Below, piece after piece: positions 27,807 to 43,200 of a stretch of DNA of 64,000 nucleotides. The position numbers and the translations under genes were made by a program. Position 1 is the first letter of the stretch; each line of letters begins with the position of its first letter. The DNA is from the human T2T-CHM13v2.0 reference genome, Homo sapiens. The stretch is taken from the NCBI RefSeq assembly GCF_009914755.1, contig NC_060931.1; one strand, 5' to 3'. Below the pieces are notes generated by a model. It was not told the DNA's origin. It saw only the letters and a program-made list of their open reading frames with translations, and did not search any database.

Positions 27807-28014
27807 TGATTGTATGACTTCATAAAGTATTTAATTGCTATGAGCTTTAGTTTTCTAATCTTTGAAAGAGAGGCAGTAACAACACCTACCTCACAGGGTG
27901 GTGGTGAGAACTTAATAAAATAGTGTATATAAGATACTTGATATAAAACATGAAACCACCATCCCACTGCAAACGTTTTATTATTATTATTATTTTCTAC
28001 CCTTTGCTCTAAAC

Positions 28015-28216
28015 CAGTGATCTCAACACTATAGCTACATGTTAAAATCACCAGGACAGCTTTAAGAAATAGCAGTGCCTGTGCCCCACTCCATATCAAT
28101 CATACTGGGATCTCTGGTTGCAAGACCAGTACCAATGCAGTTTTAAAAGCTCCTAAGATGACTCTAATGTTCTCTAAGACCCTAAGATGACTCTAATGTT
28201 AGCTTGAGAATGACTA
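28015..28216. mobile_element. MER5-family hAT MITE
   Basis: 'cagtgatctcaacact...aaatcaccagg...ttttaaaagctcc...gatgactctaatgt...ttgagaatgact'. Confidence 0.75.
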
Positions 28217-28429
28217 TTCCATATATGTCACAGAAAATCTTGGCTTTTTAAAAAATTTGGTAGCATTTAATGGGTTTTCTGAATAACACCATCAAGAAAG
28301 GGAATATTCAATTTTTAAACAAGCTTTGCCCTCCACTTTACATAATGAATTCTTTCCATTATATATCCCCATTAGATTAGTCTAGTAGATATGGGTTTAC
28401 TAGGTAGCTTCTTACAGTGTAACTCCTTT

Positions 28430-29150
28430 TGGAGAACTGACAAATCACAGGCCTGGCCCCCAAAACAAAAGACATCAAACCTTGTATCCCAAATGCACCA
28501 AACGCAAGGCCCTTTCAGAGCACCTCACTTTCCTTGTTCCCTGCATAATGCTCCACTTGATTTCTACTCTAATGAGACTGAAGATAGAATGCACACTGGT
28601 CAAACTATAAATAGCAGTAGAACTCTGACCCACAATCTATGAAGCAACCAACCTAGAAAGACAATTTACACAGAATAGTCAGAGCTCGATCACAGACTGC
28701 CAACTCCCAATTTTATTATTTCTTATTTTTTTGGTCTCTGCTTCCAACTCAGAACCAACCAGAAAATCTAATATGCTCCTCAAACTAATCACATACCTAG
28801 TTCACCTCCTAGGTGAACTAGTTCATGTTCTCATGCCAACAATCCCAATCAGAGCACACGTAGAGCCTTCTTTCTCTGCCTTTCCCACACTTCTGGTTTA
28901 CTTTTTTTATTTTTATTTTATTTTATTTTATTTTATTTTATTTTATTTTAATATTGACAGGGTCTCACTTTGTTACCCAGGCTGCTTTCAAATTCTGGGC
29001 TCAAGTATTCCTCCCTTCTTGCCCTCCCAAAGTGCTGGGATTACAGGCATGAGCCACCATGACCAGCCTCCTGCTTTACTTTGAGTCTCTACCAAATGCA
29101 TGTGATGATGGCTGCTATGGAAAGCTTTGAATAAACTGCTCTAATTTGTA
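28430..29150 (+). mobile_element. MER31/MER67-like ERV1 LTR interrupted by a FLAM
   Basis: 'aactctgacccacaatct...gcaaccaacc', 'tctgcttccaactcagaaccaaccagaaa', 'ccaatcagagcacac', AATAAA near 29130; boundaries uncertain. Confidence 0.6.
28902..29068 (-). mobile_element. FLAM (Alu monomer) with (TTTTA)n tail
   Basis: Single left-arm monomer 'gacagggtctcactttgttacccaggctg...ctgggctcaagt...ggcatgagccacc'. Confidence 0.9.
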
Positions 29151-29254
29151 TGGTTTTATTTATAATTGCCACAAAAATGTAGGTGAAGGAGGAACATGTT
29201 CTTATAAGCACAGCTCCAATTCCTGTTACACATTTTTATCTATTCATGTAATTT

Positions 29255-29750
29255 AACTGTGAATGTTTAAACTTTGTGTTGGAGTATAATATCCAGAAAA
29301 GTGCACATTAAGTATAAAACTTGGTGAATTTTCACGAACTGAAACACCTGTGTAATTAGCACCAGGTGAAGGAACAGGTTGTGACTAGAGTCCCTCCTTT
29401 GTGCTCCCTTCCAGGCACCACAGCCTCCCCAAAACAGGTGACCACTATGCTGACTTCTAACATCACAGAGTAGATTGGCCTGCTTTATATTTAATTGAAA
29501 TGGAATCAGAGAATAGTATCCACATTTGGTGTCTAGTTTCTTTCATTCAATGTTATGTTTCAGTTTTGTCCTTACTTTTGTATGTTTTCCTTGCAATGTG
29601 ACACTCCAGTGTAATGAATGCTTCACAATTTATATTGGGTTGTTTCTAGTTTGGAGCTATGAAAAATTGTGATGCAGTGAACATTCTAGTACATGTCTTT
29701 TGCCAATCTGCACATTTCTGCTGGAAATGTATCTAAGACTGCATATGTTT
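29255..29750 (-). mobile_element. Old L1M (MC/MD/ME) 3' fragment
   Basis: 'cagaaaagtgcaca...gtgaattttcacgaactgaaacacctgtgtaa...accactatgctgacttctaac...gttgtttctagtttggagctatg...gtgaacattctagtacatgtc'. Confidence 0.8.
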
Positions 29751-31821
29751 CACTTTGATAAATATAAAAATTATTCTTTAATTTAAAAAAACGCGCAAGA
29801 ATCATGTATTGGTCCTCAACTAAAACTGAAGAAGGAATTTGGTAGCCAAATGGGTGCAACCTGAATCCTGTATTTTCTTTCATGGTAATGCTATTTTAAA
29901 ATATTGCATTAAAAATGTTTATCCTACAAAAAACCAACATTGCAGATATTATGCCATTTTCATTTCTTCTAGAAATACACAGACTATCTTATGTAAAAGG
30001 TAATTTACATCTACTGGAAATATACATATCTCTGAGAATACCAGTATAAGAAAAGCATCCTTGGCTTTCTTTTTGTGTAATATAAAAAGAGAAAGAAGCT
30101 TGGATTTTAGGAAGGCTTGAACTAAGCATGACAAACTTCTCCCTTATATAAGCTGCTTGAGGCAGGCGCCAAGTCAGATTCATCTTTATAGTCTCACATC
30201 TGTACCTCTGATACATGAAGGGTTTGGCTCAATGTTTGTGGAATAAATGAATCCTCAAAAAGCCATGTCAGCAAATGTTCCTCTTGAAATGTTCTTTTAA
30301 TGAGCTGGTATGACACTTGATAAAATTCATTAAATCAGACTTCCTCGCCCTTCCTTTTGTTGTTTGTGCTTCAGAGCTCAGCACTGGGAACCTGCCCTCA
30401 AGTCCTCCCCTTCCAGGGAAGGCTGGAAAGGGCTTGAACCAAAAGAGAAAAGAAAGCAAATGTTTACATTTACCTGCTCTGGGAACACAGACTGCTCACC
30501 TCAGCATTCAAATAAGTGCCCTCCAACCCCAAGGTGGGATGGAGAGAGATCCTGTTGTATTATGAATGTTGCTACTATAAGGCATAAGAAGAAGCAATAG
30601 GAAACACAGTTGGGCCACTGAATCTGGCAGCTTCCAGAGGCCTCAGAACATTCACATTTGCAGCTGCATTAACTGTGCTTGTTTAGTAGCTGACATTCAC
30701 CATTCACATTTTCAAAGAGCTATTTAGATCGAATTTCAAAGGTATGTTTTGAGGGGACCAAACACATAGCACCATGGTAAGCTACCTCAATTTTGTAGAT
30801 TTTTCATAAATTGCCATTAAAAAAAATCACATTGTATAGTAAGTAGAAATCAGCCTCAGAGGAAAAATGTACTAGATCAGATTTTTTTAAAAACTGCCCT
30901 TACATTTATTATGCACTTTCCCTCTTCACCTCACCCATCCCATATGGAAAGAACAAAATCATAAAAACATTAAAGAAATAGTATCACCCCAAATTCCACC
31001 ACTGTAGCCCGATAAATGTTTACATTTTTTCCTAATTCTTGTAAAGTCTTTGTTCAAATGCACAATTAGAAAAATAATGGTAATCATGATATTACAATTG
31101 ATCTGAAGTCATGTTATGTCATAGACATTTTACATTTTACTCTTCCCCAAGGAACACTGACCATATTATAACCAAGTCTTCATAATATTAGTTTTTAAAT
31201 TATGTAATACCCTACCCACAATAAACTGTCATTCTATTTTATTACTCTGTGACATTTTGACCACAGAAAGATTTTTACTATTCCATCTTTGTGGCTTTTT
31301 AGTATTTTTCCTACTTTTAAAATTATTTTCTGAGAATAAATACTCAGCAATAGGAATACGAGCCAAAGAGTATGTGTATATTTATTGTTTTTAAAACAAA
31401 TTTACTTTCCAAAATAATTTTTGCCAGTTTTACAAATTTAAATAGTCAGAATACTAAAATGTGAAGAAATAGCACCCCAAATTAGGAAACCATTCTAATT
31501 TGGCTTATACCCATCACATTGCTAACCACCATCTATAAAGATTTGTCTGGATAATGCTTTCGTTAAATGATGCATATTTTAAAGTAACAAATGTTCGCCT
31601 TTTGTACTGCTGGCAAGTCAGAAAAATCATCCATTTTCAACAGTAGATTGAGGTAAGATTTCCATAGAGAAAAAGAGTAAAAAGCTAAACTTAGTTGAAA
31701 ATAGATCATATGCCATAGTTTGTACTATGGGCTTTCTCAGTATCATCTAATTTAATGCTGCGAAGTAAATAATAATTGCCCCTGTTTTTACAAATTGAGA
31801 TTCTAATATTAAGACTTGGTT

Positions 31822-32177
<356 letters not shown>

Positions 32178-35100
32178 CTACTAAAACATTCTAAATACAT
32201 AAAAAATTAATAAACGAATTACACAGATACTCCAGGATTGCCTTCAAGCAGACGTGTCCAAACGTTGAAAATCAGCTAGCAAATTTCTTATAACGGGGAA
32301 GTAATTAACTGATTATTTGGGAGATACTGTACTTTTTCTGACTTTGGGTTAATTATAAAGAAGAATCACTTCATAAAACTTATTTCAGGTGAAAGAATTA
32401 ATTATAAAGTGTTATATAGTGATGGCTACATAAAACTATATTTCAAACATTATTTTATTCTTGACATATTACTATTTTCACAACATGAACATTTCTACAA
32501 TGTTCCACCAGTGTTCACAAATATTATTTTCCTCTTTTTTGTCAGTTTATTGCTGAAAAACAGTATACATACAGAAAAGTGTATAAATTTTAACAAGGTA
32601 AACATATTCATATGATGCATTCACATCAAAAAACAGAAATTACCATTATCCCAGAAATCATGCTTTTAACACCAGAGATTAGTTTTGCCTTCACAGATTT
32701 TTTTTTCATCTAGCAAAGCTCTGATAAATTCTGTGACCTTTATTGAAGTATTCATTTAATTTCTGCTACCTCTTCCATTTCTTCCCTGAAGACAGAAGTT
32801 TATCCCATGAGATCAAGTGAAGTATACCAGATGAAAATAGTAATATCAAATTGGCACTAGTAGGGACAACCTTTGAATACCTATCAGTTGGCGCATACTA
32901 TACAGGACCTTTTTTTTTCCCCACTCTTACAACCACATCAAAACTAAAAAGATTATGTTTCCCTAAAACAACTCGCAGAGAGTAGTTATATTTGCATAAC
33001 AGGATTTATTCCTGCTTAGTTCACTACCATCTGTTTTCATATTTTAAGTCAAAAGATTTATATATTAAACAATCTTATATAGCTTTTCACATGCTATTTT
33101 AGAAGGCAATTGGCCCAAATCCTGATTATTTTTTCTAAGTATATAAAGTTGTTTCCATAGGTAGGATACAAACCCTCAAACTCAACATCTTTTTGATATA
33201 AATAATTTAAAGTCTTATCACAACTGTGAAAAGAGCCACTACTTATCCCATTTGTGATAAATTATTAATTGAAGTATGCATTCAAATGTACACTTCCTGA
33301 TAGCAACTTCTTTAATCCTTATGTAGAACATAAAACACTAAACAAAGGAGAAAAATCTTCAATAATTTACTTTTCTCTGAAATTTACATTTCTCTGAAAT
33401 GGTTCAAGATGCTTCCCCTAATGGAGGATAAAATGAATTATGTGTGGAACTAGATAATTATTGTAATGAAAATGTTAGGATTTAACTATCAAAAGCACAT
33501 ACATAATATATGCTGTGTCACATCTTCCTATATTAATAGGTTTTAAATATTAGATTATTTATAATTAAGATTCAACAACCTAAAAAATATATTTTTTACT
33601 ACCTTACCCATACATCTAAACTAAAATGTCACAGAGGGTAGGGTAAGGAAAGTAATTATGCAGATGTTATTCAAATCAGCCTGAACAGTTACCTATTTAC
33701 ATAAAAAATTGGATGTTTGACTTTATGTTGATTAAATAAGCAACTGATGTCTTTATTGCCTCTGTAACAATTTTATGATTTTTAAGCCACAGCCTTAGAA
33801 TTTTCAAGAATATCACTTTAGAAAAAAAATAGCTATTCTTCCATCTTGACAACTTTATATCATTTAACCACAAGGGGGCCGTAGCTATCTTCTTTGAATT
33901 GTTTAAGCATGCCAGGAAGCAGATAACATTGAAAATAAAATCAATCCATTCTCAAAAATTAAGTAAACATAAGAAAACAATTAGGAACATACAAACCTGA
34001 TTTTTGAAAGTAAAATGAATATGAAACACATGGGTTTTCCCCATACATGTTACACATTTGAAGCAAGATACTTTTCCCTACTTCTGTCTCCAAAACAGGC
34101 GTATCTCTGTACCTTCTGAACTCACAACAGACTTCTACCTTAAACAGAATTAGTATTAAGTATGATCGTTTGTGAGAATTATTAATAAAGCCACTATTGT
34201 TCAAGTGCTGCGATTTATCACTTGGGAAATAATAAATGCACCTCCAGTCTGTGCTAACCTGATGACCTGAGGTGAAATTTGAGAATGAGTAAAATTACCA
34301 AAATATGCTCCCCTGGCTAAGTGAGCACACTAAAAAAGGAAAATAACATCTAACAATGATATGCTTAAATTATGTTCTTTTTTTTTTAAATTAAAATTAC
34401 AAAACAGTTGGAATGGTAAACTATACAAAGCAATAAACGTTTTGTTCAAATATTCTCTCTGGTACATTCGGCAAAATAAACTCCTCTCTGCAGATAAAAA
34501 TATAACATTTGTCTTCTGAAAGAAATATTCCACACAAGTGCTAGTATAAAGTAGAACTAAACCAGCTGTTCCACCTGTGGCCCTGTGTTAATACTTTAGT
34601 GCCTTCAAAGATGTTATCCAGAATCCTCACCAAAGGCAAATGAACTTTCCCTGATGGGAGGGGCAGGCTGCTTCTAAAGCACTGGCCACATTATGAATTC
34701 ACACTATATCCAATGATCCTTTTAAATTTCCAGTCGCTCATGCCATCCTCACATTATCACTTTAAATTTTGTTATACCAAGGAAGCAAAATGTTGATAAC
34801 AGTAATAATAAATGCTGGAATAACAGAAATATTCATCCTTTTAACAATATTGATGCAAGTTCTTAGACTCTTCTAATTTTAAAATTTCATGCCATATCTT
34901 TCATATTCATTCTCATGTTTTTATAATATCTGGATTTCCTTCATTTTTTAAAGATTTTTCCTCAAATGCCAAGCACCATTGTCTAACTACTCTGGTGGTT
35001 GGAGGATATTTCGGCTTTGAGATAACATTATGACAAGCCAACTGGACAATACAGAAGAGGACAAGAATGGCCTGGATGTAGTCCTAAAATGTTACAGTGT

Positions 35101-37632
35101 ATGAACCCCAGTAATGTCTCTGTACTAAGGAAATGGATATTTCCATGACTCATTCCCCTCATTCATCTAATGGAAATGTACTCATCACCTGCTCTATATG
35201 CGGATGACTATGTGCCCATGAACTGTGGAAGAGGTATACATAAATTAAGCCTATTAACCCTCCCCATATTCTTATGTGAAAAGCCAAGGAGTGAACAGAA
35301 ATGAGTAGGCTAACATTTGGCAAAATTCTCAGTTACACAGCACTTCCTTGTCGAGGGAAAACCAATATTTGAAAAGAAAAAGCAACCACGGAGAAGAGAA
35401 AAATCCTCTCTAGAAACTCGTAACAAGTTACCAATAAATAGCGAATTATAGAATGTGAAACCCAACTTCCTAGGCCAAATGTTATTTTCTGCACAAATTT
35501 TAAAAGCCTTTGGATCCATTCTGTTTTAGGGTGGCATAGGCTCAGTCCATTCCAATGGAAACCAGAGGGTGATTCCAGGGCCCAACCTATATTAAAAACA
35601 GTGGTAGTCAATAGTATAATATGGCATCTGTATTCCAAACTGATAGGTACTCTAGACATGCATAACTAATGCACAACAACATCTCTCCTACACGTTTTTC
35701 AAAAGACCTTCAACAAGTTGCACTTGACATTCACAAAAGAGCACATTCCCTGTGATAGTGCTATTTCTCTCTTTAGTTTTAAATTAAATGTGACATTCAT
35801 AATTTAATCTCTTCACTAGTCAAATGTATATCAGAAAAATTGACTTAGAGTAAGCATTTTCTTCACTGATTAATATTAGAATGGAGAATTCAACCAAAGC
35901 TATTAAAAGCTTTTGTCCCTTTCTTATTAGTAGTGTTTCTTACATTGAGCTTTTTATAAAAGCCTATAACTTGATATAACAAAAGTAGAAGAAAAAACAG
36001 TATTTTTAAGCTCTATTTCACCATGTTCTTAATATTTCCTCACTTACGGCAGATTTTCATGCCATAAAACTAATTTACCACCTACTGTAGGTGATATTAA
36101 CTCTAAATTTTAAAATTGTATGAAGACTGAAATAAAATAATAAATAATCCAATTACTAGGAACTTACTAAAGAGACTCTCCTTCCTCAACCATGGTTAAA
36201 TCCATTTACATTTCTAACTCAGTATTTTAATCCAATTATAAATAAAAATATCCTTTAATGGATCCACTTAAATCATAAACCAGCACTTGTAAAATTAAAA
36301 ATTACCACAGTAATTCTATAACCTGGTACTTATTTAAAGTGTCTTTTTTAAATAGCTGGGTATTTACCCAACCCTTATATAAATTATGTAAAAAGTAAAG
36401 ACCAGAAAAAAATATGTTCTAAATTCTAAAAAAAATTTTACAAGTCTCCCACTCTTAATACATTTCAAAATACTAAACTAATGATAATCATTTTCCCCGA
36501 CATTTTCAATTTGAATAAAGACAGGAAATAAAAAGACAGTCTAATAACTAAAACTTCTAAAGCTAGATCAGCAAATTTTTACTGAACATAAGGCATCAGA
36601 GTGATGTGTTATTGGCAAAACATACAGACACACACACAGATATATACTTATATCATGTTTTCTAGATTGTTTTTTTTCCTACCTCCAATCTTCTGTGATT
36701 TTGTTCTATTGGGCTATACATCAGGTATGACTAGGTTGTCTCAAACCTTATTCGTTTAAGTACTTCTTATTTTATAATCAAATTATGGGCAATTTATAAT
36801 CTCACATTAACATTTTGATCTAATTGGATTATTTTCTGAAAGCAAAGTACAGATTGCAAGCTAAAACACACATTAAGTATAAGCATTTGCAAAGATAGGA
36901 CAGAGAGTCTTGAAAGAGCTTAATTTCAATATGCTATAACCTATAAGTAACTTACAAAGTGTATTCAAATATATATTCAGTACTTCACTATGTGTTGGTC
37001 ACTATGTTAGTTGCTTTGTTATATATTAAAAAGAATCAGATACAAAGGCATCAAACCATAAAACACATTAGCACAAGTTATATGTGTGCAATTAGTAGCT
37101 TACCTAAAATCTAAAGATGTCAATTAAAAACTAAATATAAAGAATAAAGTACAGTTAAATGACATAAACATTACTACTCATTACTGTTACTCATGGTTGC
37201 TTATAGTTACACAATATTTTTTTCCACACACTATCTCATATATATTACAATCCAATTTCATCCCCTCAACATCTTACATGTTAAATAAAATAGATACTAT
37301 CTTCTATTGTGAATGAGGAAATGAAAAGATAGAGGTCCTGAAACTTTGTCACACAGAAAATCACACAATAAATTCATATAAGAGGGGAATAAGATTTAAG
37401 TTGTCTGTCTTCTAGTAGTGTCCCACCACTACCTCACATGTAACATACCCACACTTTCTCATGCTATCACTAGCGAGGGGATTTATGCTAACCTTTTGAA
37501 TGTGTTCTTATTTTTGACGCCTCAATTTGTGAACCAATCATCTACAACATAGGGGAGAGGCAAAATTATATCACACAAGTAGACATTCGCAAACACATAA
37601 TGAAGTTACTAATAAGTCACATTAAAAATGGT

Positions 37633-37877
37633 CCTATTAAAAAGTGAACAAAGGACATGAACAGACACTTTCCAAAAGAAGACATATATACGGCCAACAA
37701 TCATATGAAAAAAAGTCCAAAATCACTAATCATTAGGGAAATGCAAACCAAAACTACAATGAGATACCATCAGAATGGCTATTATTACAAGTCAAACAAT
37801 AACAGATGCTGGCAACGTTGCAGAAAAAAAAGAAACGCTTATGCACTGTTGGTGGAAGTGTAAATTGGTTCAGCCAC
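37633..37877 (+). mobile_element. L1 ORF2 3' fragment
   Basis: ORF 37657-37863 'MNRHFPKEDIYTANNHMKKSPKSLIIREMQTKTTMRYH' is L1 ORF2p. Confidence 0.93.
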
Positions 37878-39339
37878 ATTCAGTAGTAACTGATCTATTT
37901 GCAAGAAGAATCTATGAGGTTTTTTGAGAAGAGGAATCTTGGATCTTGACTTAGACACTTTTGTATCTTCAGTGTTATCTGTATGTCTGTTACACAGAAG
38001 TCACTCTTAAATGTTTATTGAAATGAAAACTGTCATCACATAATGCCACACCTAGAGTTGGCTCTGATGGATCTGTCCTTGCAAATAGACTAGATATTGC
38101 TTGGGAATAAACGGGGCAATTGGATTCCTTCATTTTATTATTCTCAAAACTAATCACAATATCTGACCCAAGATAGATATGCAACAATCTTTATTGAATG
38201 AAAATAAAATCATTGAGTAGATGAATGGTATATTGGGATATGGGCATTTTGAGGTAAGTAATATATTCAACTGATGAAAAGAAAATAGCAACCAATAGAA
38301 ACTAGTAATGACTGTGCTTATCTTTACAATGAATTTTAGTTACATTCATTTCTCCCTTTTTCTCTAATATCTTTAAGAAAAACAGAATATTATTTTAGAA
38401 ATACTACTATGCCAAGAAAATAAGAATATGAATCAGTACGCTCATTGGTAAATGGCTAGATCTTATTGCCCCCAAATGGCAAAAACTTATTCAAATAAAG
38501 CTATATATGGAACCAATACGATAAATTTGGTGGTGTACTGTTCTAAAAAAAAAAAAATCAAGCCTCTATGAAGGCACCATAAGGAAATCAGAATTTTAGC
38601 TCCACACAATCATGATTTGACAATACTTTTTAAATACTCAGCAGACCCCACGTCCCTGAAAAAATCCCACCGCTATAGTAATGCTTCCACATTTCCTTAA
38701 AGTTTCTCATTAGTAGTGATAACAATAGTAGGTAAAAATAATTGTGCTATTTAAATGTATTTATTGCAGTAAATTTATTGTTCTCTTTAAGAAGCACTTT
38801 GCGCTTCAAAGCTTTTCACTAGAAAGAGACAAGGAATAATATTATCAATATCCATCATAAAAATATCAAAGCCCCTATCATTAAAGGTAGTGGAAGAGTT
38901 GTCCACAGAAATAATACTGAAGCCTAAATTGTCATGTAGCCTAAATGTCTCTTTTTTTCATTAGATTAGGAGTCAACTGCATTTTCCTGACTAGTGAATT
39001 ACTTTGTAAAAGGCTGGAAGGCCCCATTGGAGGTCATTACCCTATCTGCAGGGTCTACTGGAATTTGACTCTGTGCTTCTGATGTGTATACATACACATT
39101 ACCACCCCAACAATGGGACTCGTTTTCAGGTTTTCTACACATTTATGAGATCTCAGCTTATAAGAGTGCTCTTTCCATGGTCTATGGTAAAAAGATTAGG
39201 ACATTAAGTATAAAGAAGCAATAAATAATGTAGATGCTATTTGCTTAGCTAAGAATTGACATATTAGAAATGAATATAGCACTAAGATTATTGTGCAAAA
39301 GAACAGTTATGAACTACAATTTTAGACTCACTTTAGGGC

Positions 39340-39525
39340 ATCTATGGAATAAGAAAAGGATCCTTGACTTTGGAGTCATACACACCCACGTTTAAACCCC
39401 ATCCCTGGCACTCAGGCATACCAGTTGCATCACTGGGACCAATTAATGTCTATGAGCCTTGGTTTCCTCCTCAGTAAAAATAACACTACTGAACTCATAA
39501 GTTTATTTTGGTTATTAAGTAAAAT
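39340..39525 (+). mobile_element. MIR SINE
   Basis: 'gactttggagtca...tctatgagccttggtttcctcctcagtaaaa'. Confidence 0.6.
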
Positions 39526-39913
39526 AATATCTCTCAAACAAAGGAAAAGGATCTCAATCTATGTTATATCCCTTCATCTTCTCCATTCTGCCATCATAGA
39601 TAAGCTCCAGCAGGAATTGAATTTCAACCCTGATCTAATAATCTCATTTTATATTTTGGATCTAAATCTATTATGTGAGTTTAAAAAACTATTAGCCTCC
39701 TTTCATAAGGACATGAATCATACATTGAGTTTTAAAATCTCAAAGTTTAGAGGCAAATACAAGTGTATTACTGACTTGGCAGTATAAATACATCAAAGAA
39801 TTCTCACAAACCGTATCTTTTATATTGCTTTATGTACCAATAATTCATCAATTAATTTATTTTACTAAATTCTTAAAACACACCACTTATGTTTTACTTA
39901 AAAGGTAACTTTA

Positions 39914-40225
<312 letters not shown>

Positions 40226-43200
40226 TTACTTTAAAGGTGTCATAAAGTATAGTTATGGAAATATTTTACGATTTTAACTGAATGGAGAGTATACAAACCT
40301 AGGGATCTCACTCAGTCCTTAAATCATCTTTGAAGTGGCATCGAATTCTCAGTGTTAAAATTCTACCAGTTGTATGTAGGACTGATATAACTCATGTGTA
40401 TTAAAAATAATTTTTAAGATTTCCTCAGTAGTTATGACCCTGATTACGAATCAGACACCTTTGTAAGATTTACTAATAGTTTACATTAACAGATTATCAC
40501 TTATTAAAAATAAAGCCATGTCTTCCTATTTCAGTATTTGACCTGAATACTTTTTACTTTTCTATATTTTATTCTCTACACCACAAGGTAACTGCAGAGA
40601 GAATAGTGCTAATCTGGACTATATTTTGCATTAATTCAGGGACTTTTGAAGCCACACTGAATTGCTTTTTCAGACCTGCTTAAGGTCAGACAGCTGAGGA
40701 AAAGCCAATACCCCACAATGAAATCTCAAACATCCTGGGAATACTCACTTCAAATCTGTGGGATCAATTTGGGGATTCATGACAAAAGGAGTCCCAAGAG
40801 ATCTACTTATACCATCACCATCTCACATTTCAGATCCTAATCTCCTAATTATTCTAGAGTGCTTGATGGAGAAAGAAGCAGAGGGGGGAGGAAGAGAAAG
40901 ACAGTATGTATATGTTTAAGGATGCATGGAAGGGAGGGAGGGGGGAATTAGGTCAGAAGGGTTAATTCTGGGCCCAGTCACATATATGTAATTAATTTCT
41001 ATGTTTAGTGCAAATACGACTGTATCAACAGTATTAATTTAATATAATGGCAAGGTAAGAGCAGGAATATATGCTACTATTTTTAATTCCTAGGCGGTAA
41101 ATTTGTGTCATTTTTCACAGTATGGTCCTATTGAAAACCTTAACACAGAGAACATATTACTTTCTGGACTATAAGAGCCGACTGATGATGACACCTCTTG
41201 AAGTCTATTTAGCCATTTAAATATTAAGCTTTTAAAATCATTCTCCAACAAACTTCCTAAATTGTTTCACTCGCATAAGAAGGATAAAATATATCCTCAA
41301 AAGAATGCTATGAGGCTTGCTAAGAGGGGGAAAAAAGTGAAAATGCCTAATGGCATACATGACTTAGGTTAGGGATTAGTTGACATTATGTAAATCTGAA
41401 TATCATTAAAGTAACAGTAAATGAATTTTATCGCCAAGAGTAAGAACCGTATAAGGGAGCGTATAAGAACAGTATAAGGGAGTGTACAATACATCATACT
41501 AAAATAATTTTTAATACAATATATTTTAATCAATTCTCTAGCCTATCTGAGACATATTCAGAAGAAAGTAATCTAAGATGTAAAACTGAAAAAGAAATTA
41601 ACACAAAGCTAACTATATGGAGCAGCCACAGCAGTTCTCACAATGTGAGAATAAACCTGTTAAAGTCTCATATTCAACTTCACTACAGCTATTTTACCTT
41701 TCAGTCAAACAAAGAATTTCATTTGAGAATCTTAAGTAATCTATACTCATTTCTACCAGTAAGATTTTCTGGCTGCACATTTTCAAATACAGTCAACTTT
41801 TTCTTGCTCATATGCTAACCGGCATTCAGTCTTTTATAGCAGTAATCACTGAAAGAACACACTTCTGTCAAATGCAAGAGATCTTATTCAGAAAATCGAA
41901 TAACACAGAAGAAATATTCATTATATGATATAGAAAATTTTCCTTCTCCAAATAGAGTCACTGCATTGATTTTTTTCTTGATTTGTTTGTTGTCTATTAC
42001 ACACGTCTACACATTCCAAATCAATTTTATGAGTCAGACTCATACTGAATTTATTGCAGAAAAATTAAATACTTTGTAAGAGCAAGAAAAAATGTACTTT
42101 GTTTACATTTTATTAAAATAAAGGGTATGCCTTAGAATCATATTTAGTGTAATGGTTAGGAAATAATCATTGTACCATGAAAGTTTATCTTGTTTTAAAA
42201 CCATAAATCAGGCTGTCCAGAAACTTTTTAAAGTATTCAAAAACTGTACTTTCAACTCTGGACAGTTTATGTTATCAAAACATTTTAGCATATGTTAAAC
42301 AGATATTTGCATTCCAAATATCTGTTTAAATTCTGTATAAAAAACATTTTAAACTGAACTGTTCTGATATTTTGTTTTATAATGAAACCAAGCCTTTAAA
42401 GATGGTGTATAAAGCTAAACTCTTCTTTAACTTTTACCTCTGTTTTGTTTCAAGTTCTCTCCATCCTGCTACTGCATGCTCCACTATCCCACCCTTCAGA
42501 GGCACCATTAAGAAACAATTTTTATTTTCATACAAATTTCTAAACAAGAAAAGAATCCTGGCTGATTTTAGCTACAGATCCTTTAAAATTCAATTCTGCA
42601 GTAGGGTTTATGCCTTATAAATATTTTTTAAAGATGGTTGACATATGATTGACTCTTATACTTTTCTACAATAGAGACACAAAATTCTCAATTATACCCG
42701 AGTAACTATCCAAATATTTACTTGCTATTGTGAGTAGTTAATATTAATCAATTTGTTATAAAAGTAACCAACAATGACTAAATACTTGTTATTTGACAAG
42801 CAAACGTGTTTTTGTTTTGGTTTTTACACATATTATCTCTTTTATTCCCCACAACAAACCCATGAACAAGGTGTTGTCACGATCCCCCTTCAGAGGTGAA
42901 CAGGCTGAAGTACAGGGAAGCCATGTGGCTTACCTCTACTCCCACCATGCTACATGGGTGCAGACAAAAGAAAACACATGTAGTTTTCTTACTACATGTA
43001 GCGAATCCCAAATTCTTCTTCTTTATTCTATATAACCTAAAATAGTGAAATTACAGAACTATTTACATTTAGCTCTAATTTTGAATTTTTAAAAATGGTT
43101 AGTGGTTCTTTTACTTAAAGGTCAAAATTTCCATTTTCCAAGGTGACCAGAAATCTCATACTGCCTTCATAAAGAAAACAGGGACCAAAGACTTAAAGAT

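Noticed and set aside
34255-34290. TGATGA and CTGA as a C/D-box snoRNA
   Set aside because: The boxes are almost adjacent, with no 60-90 nt body and no terminal stem.
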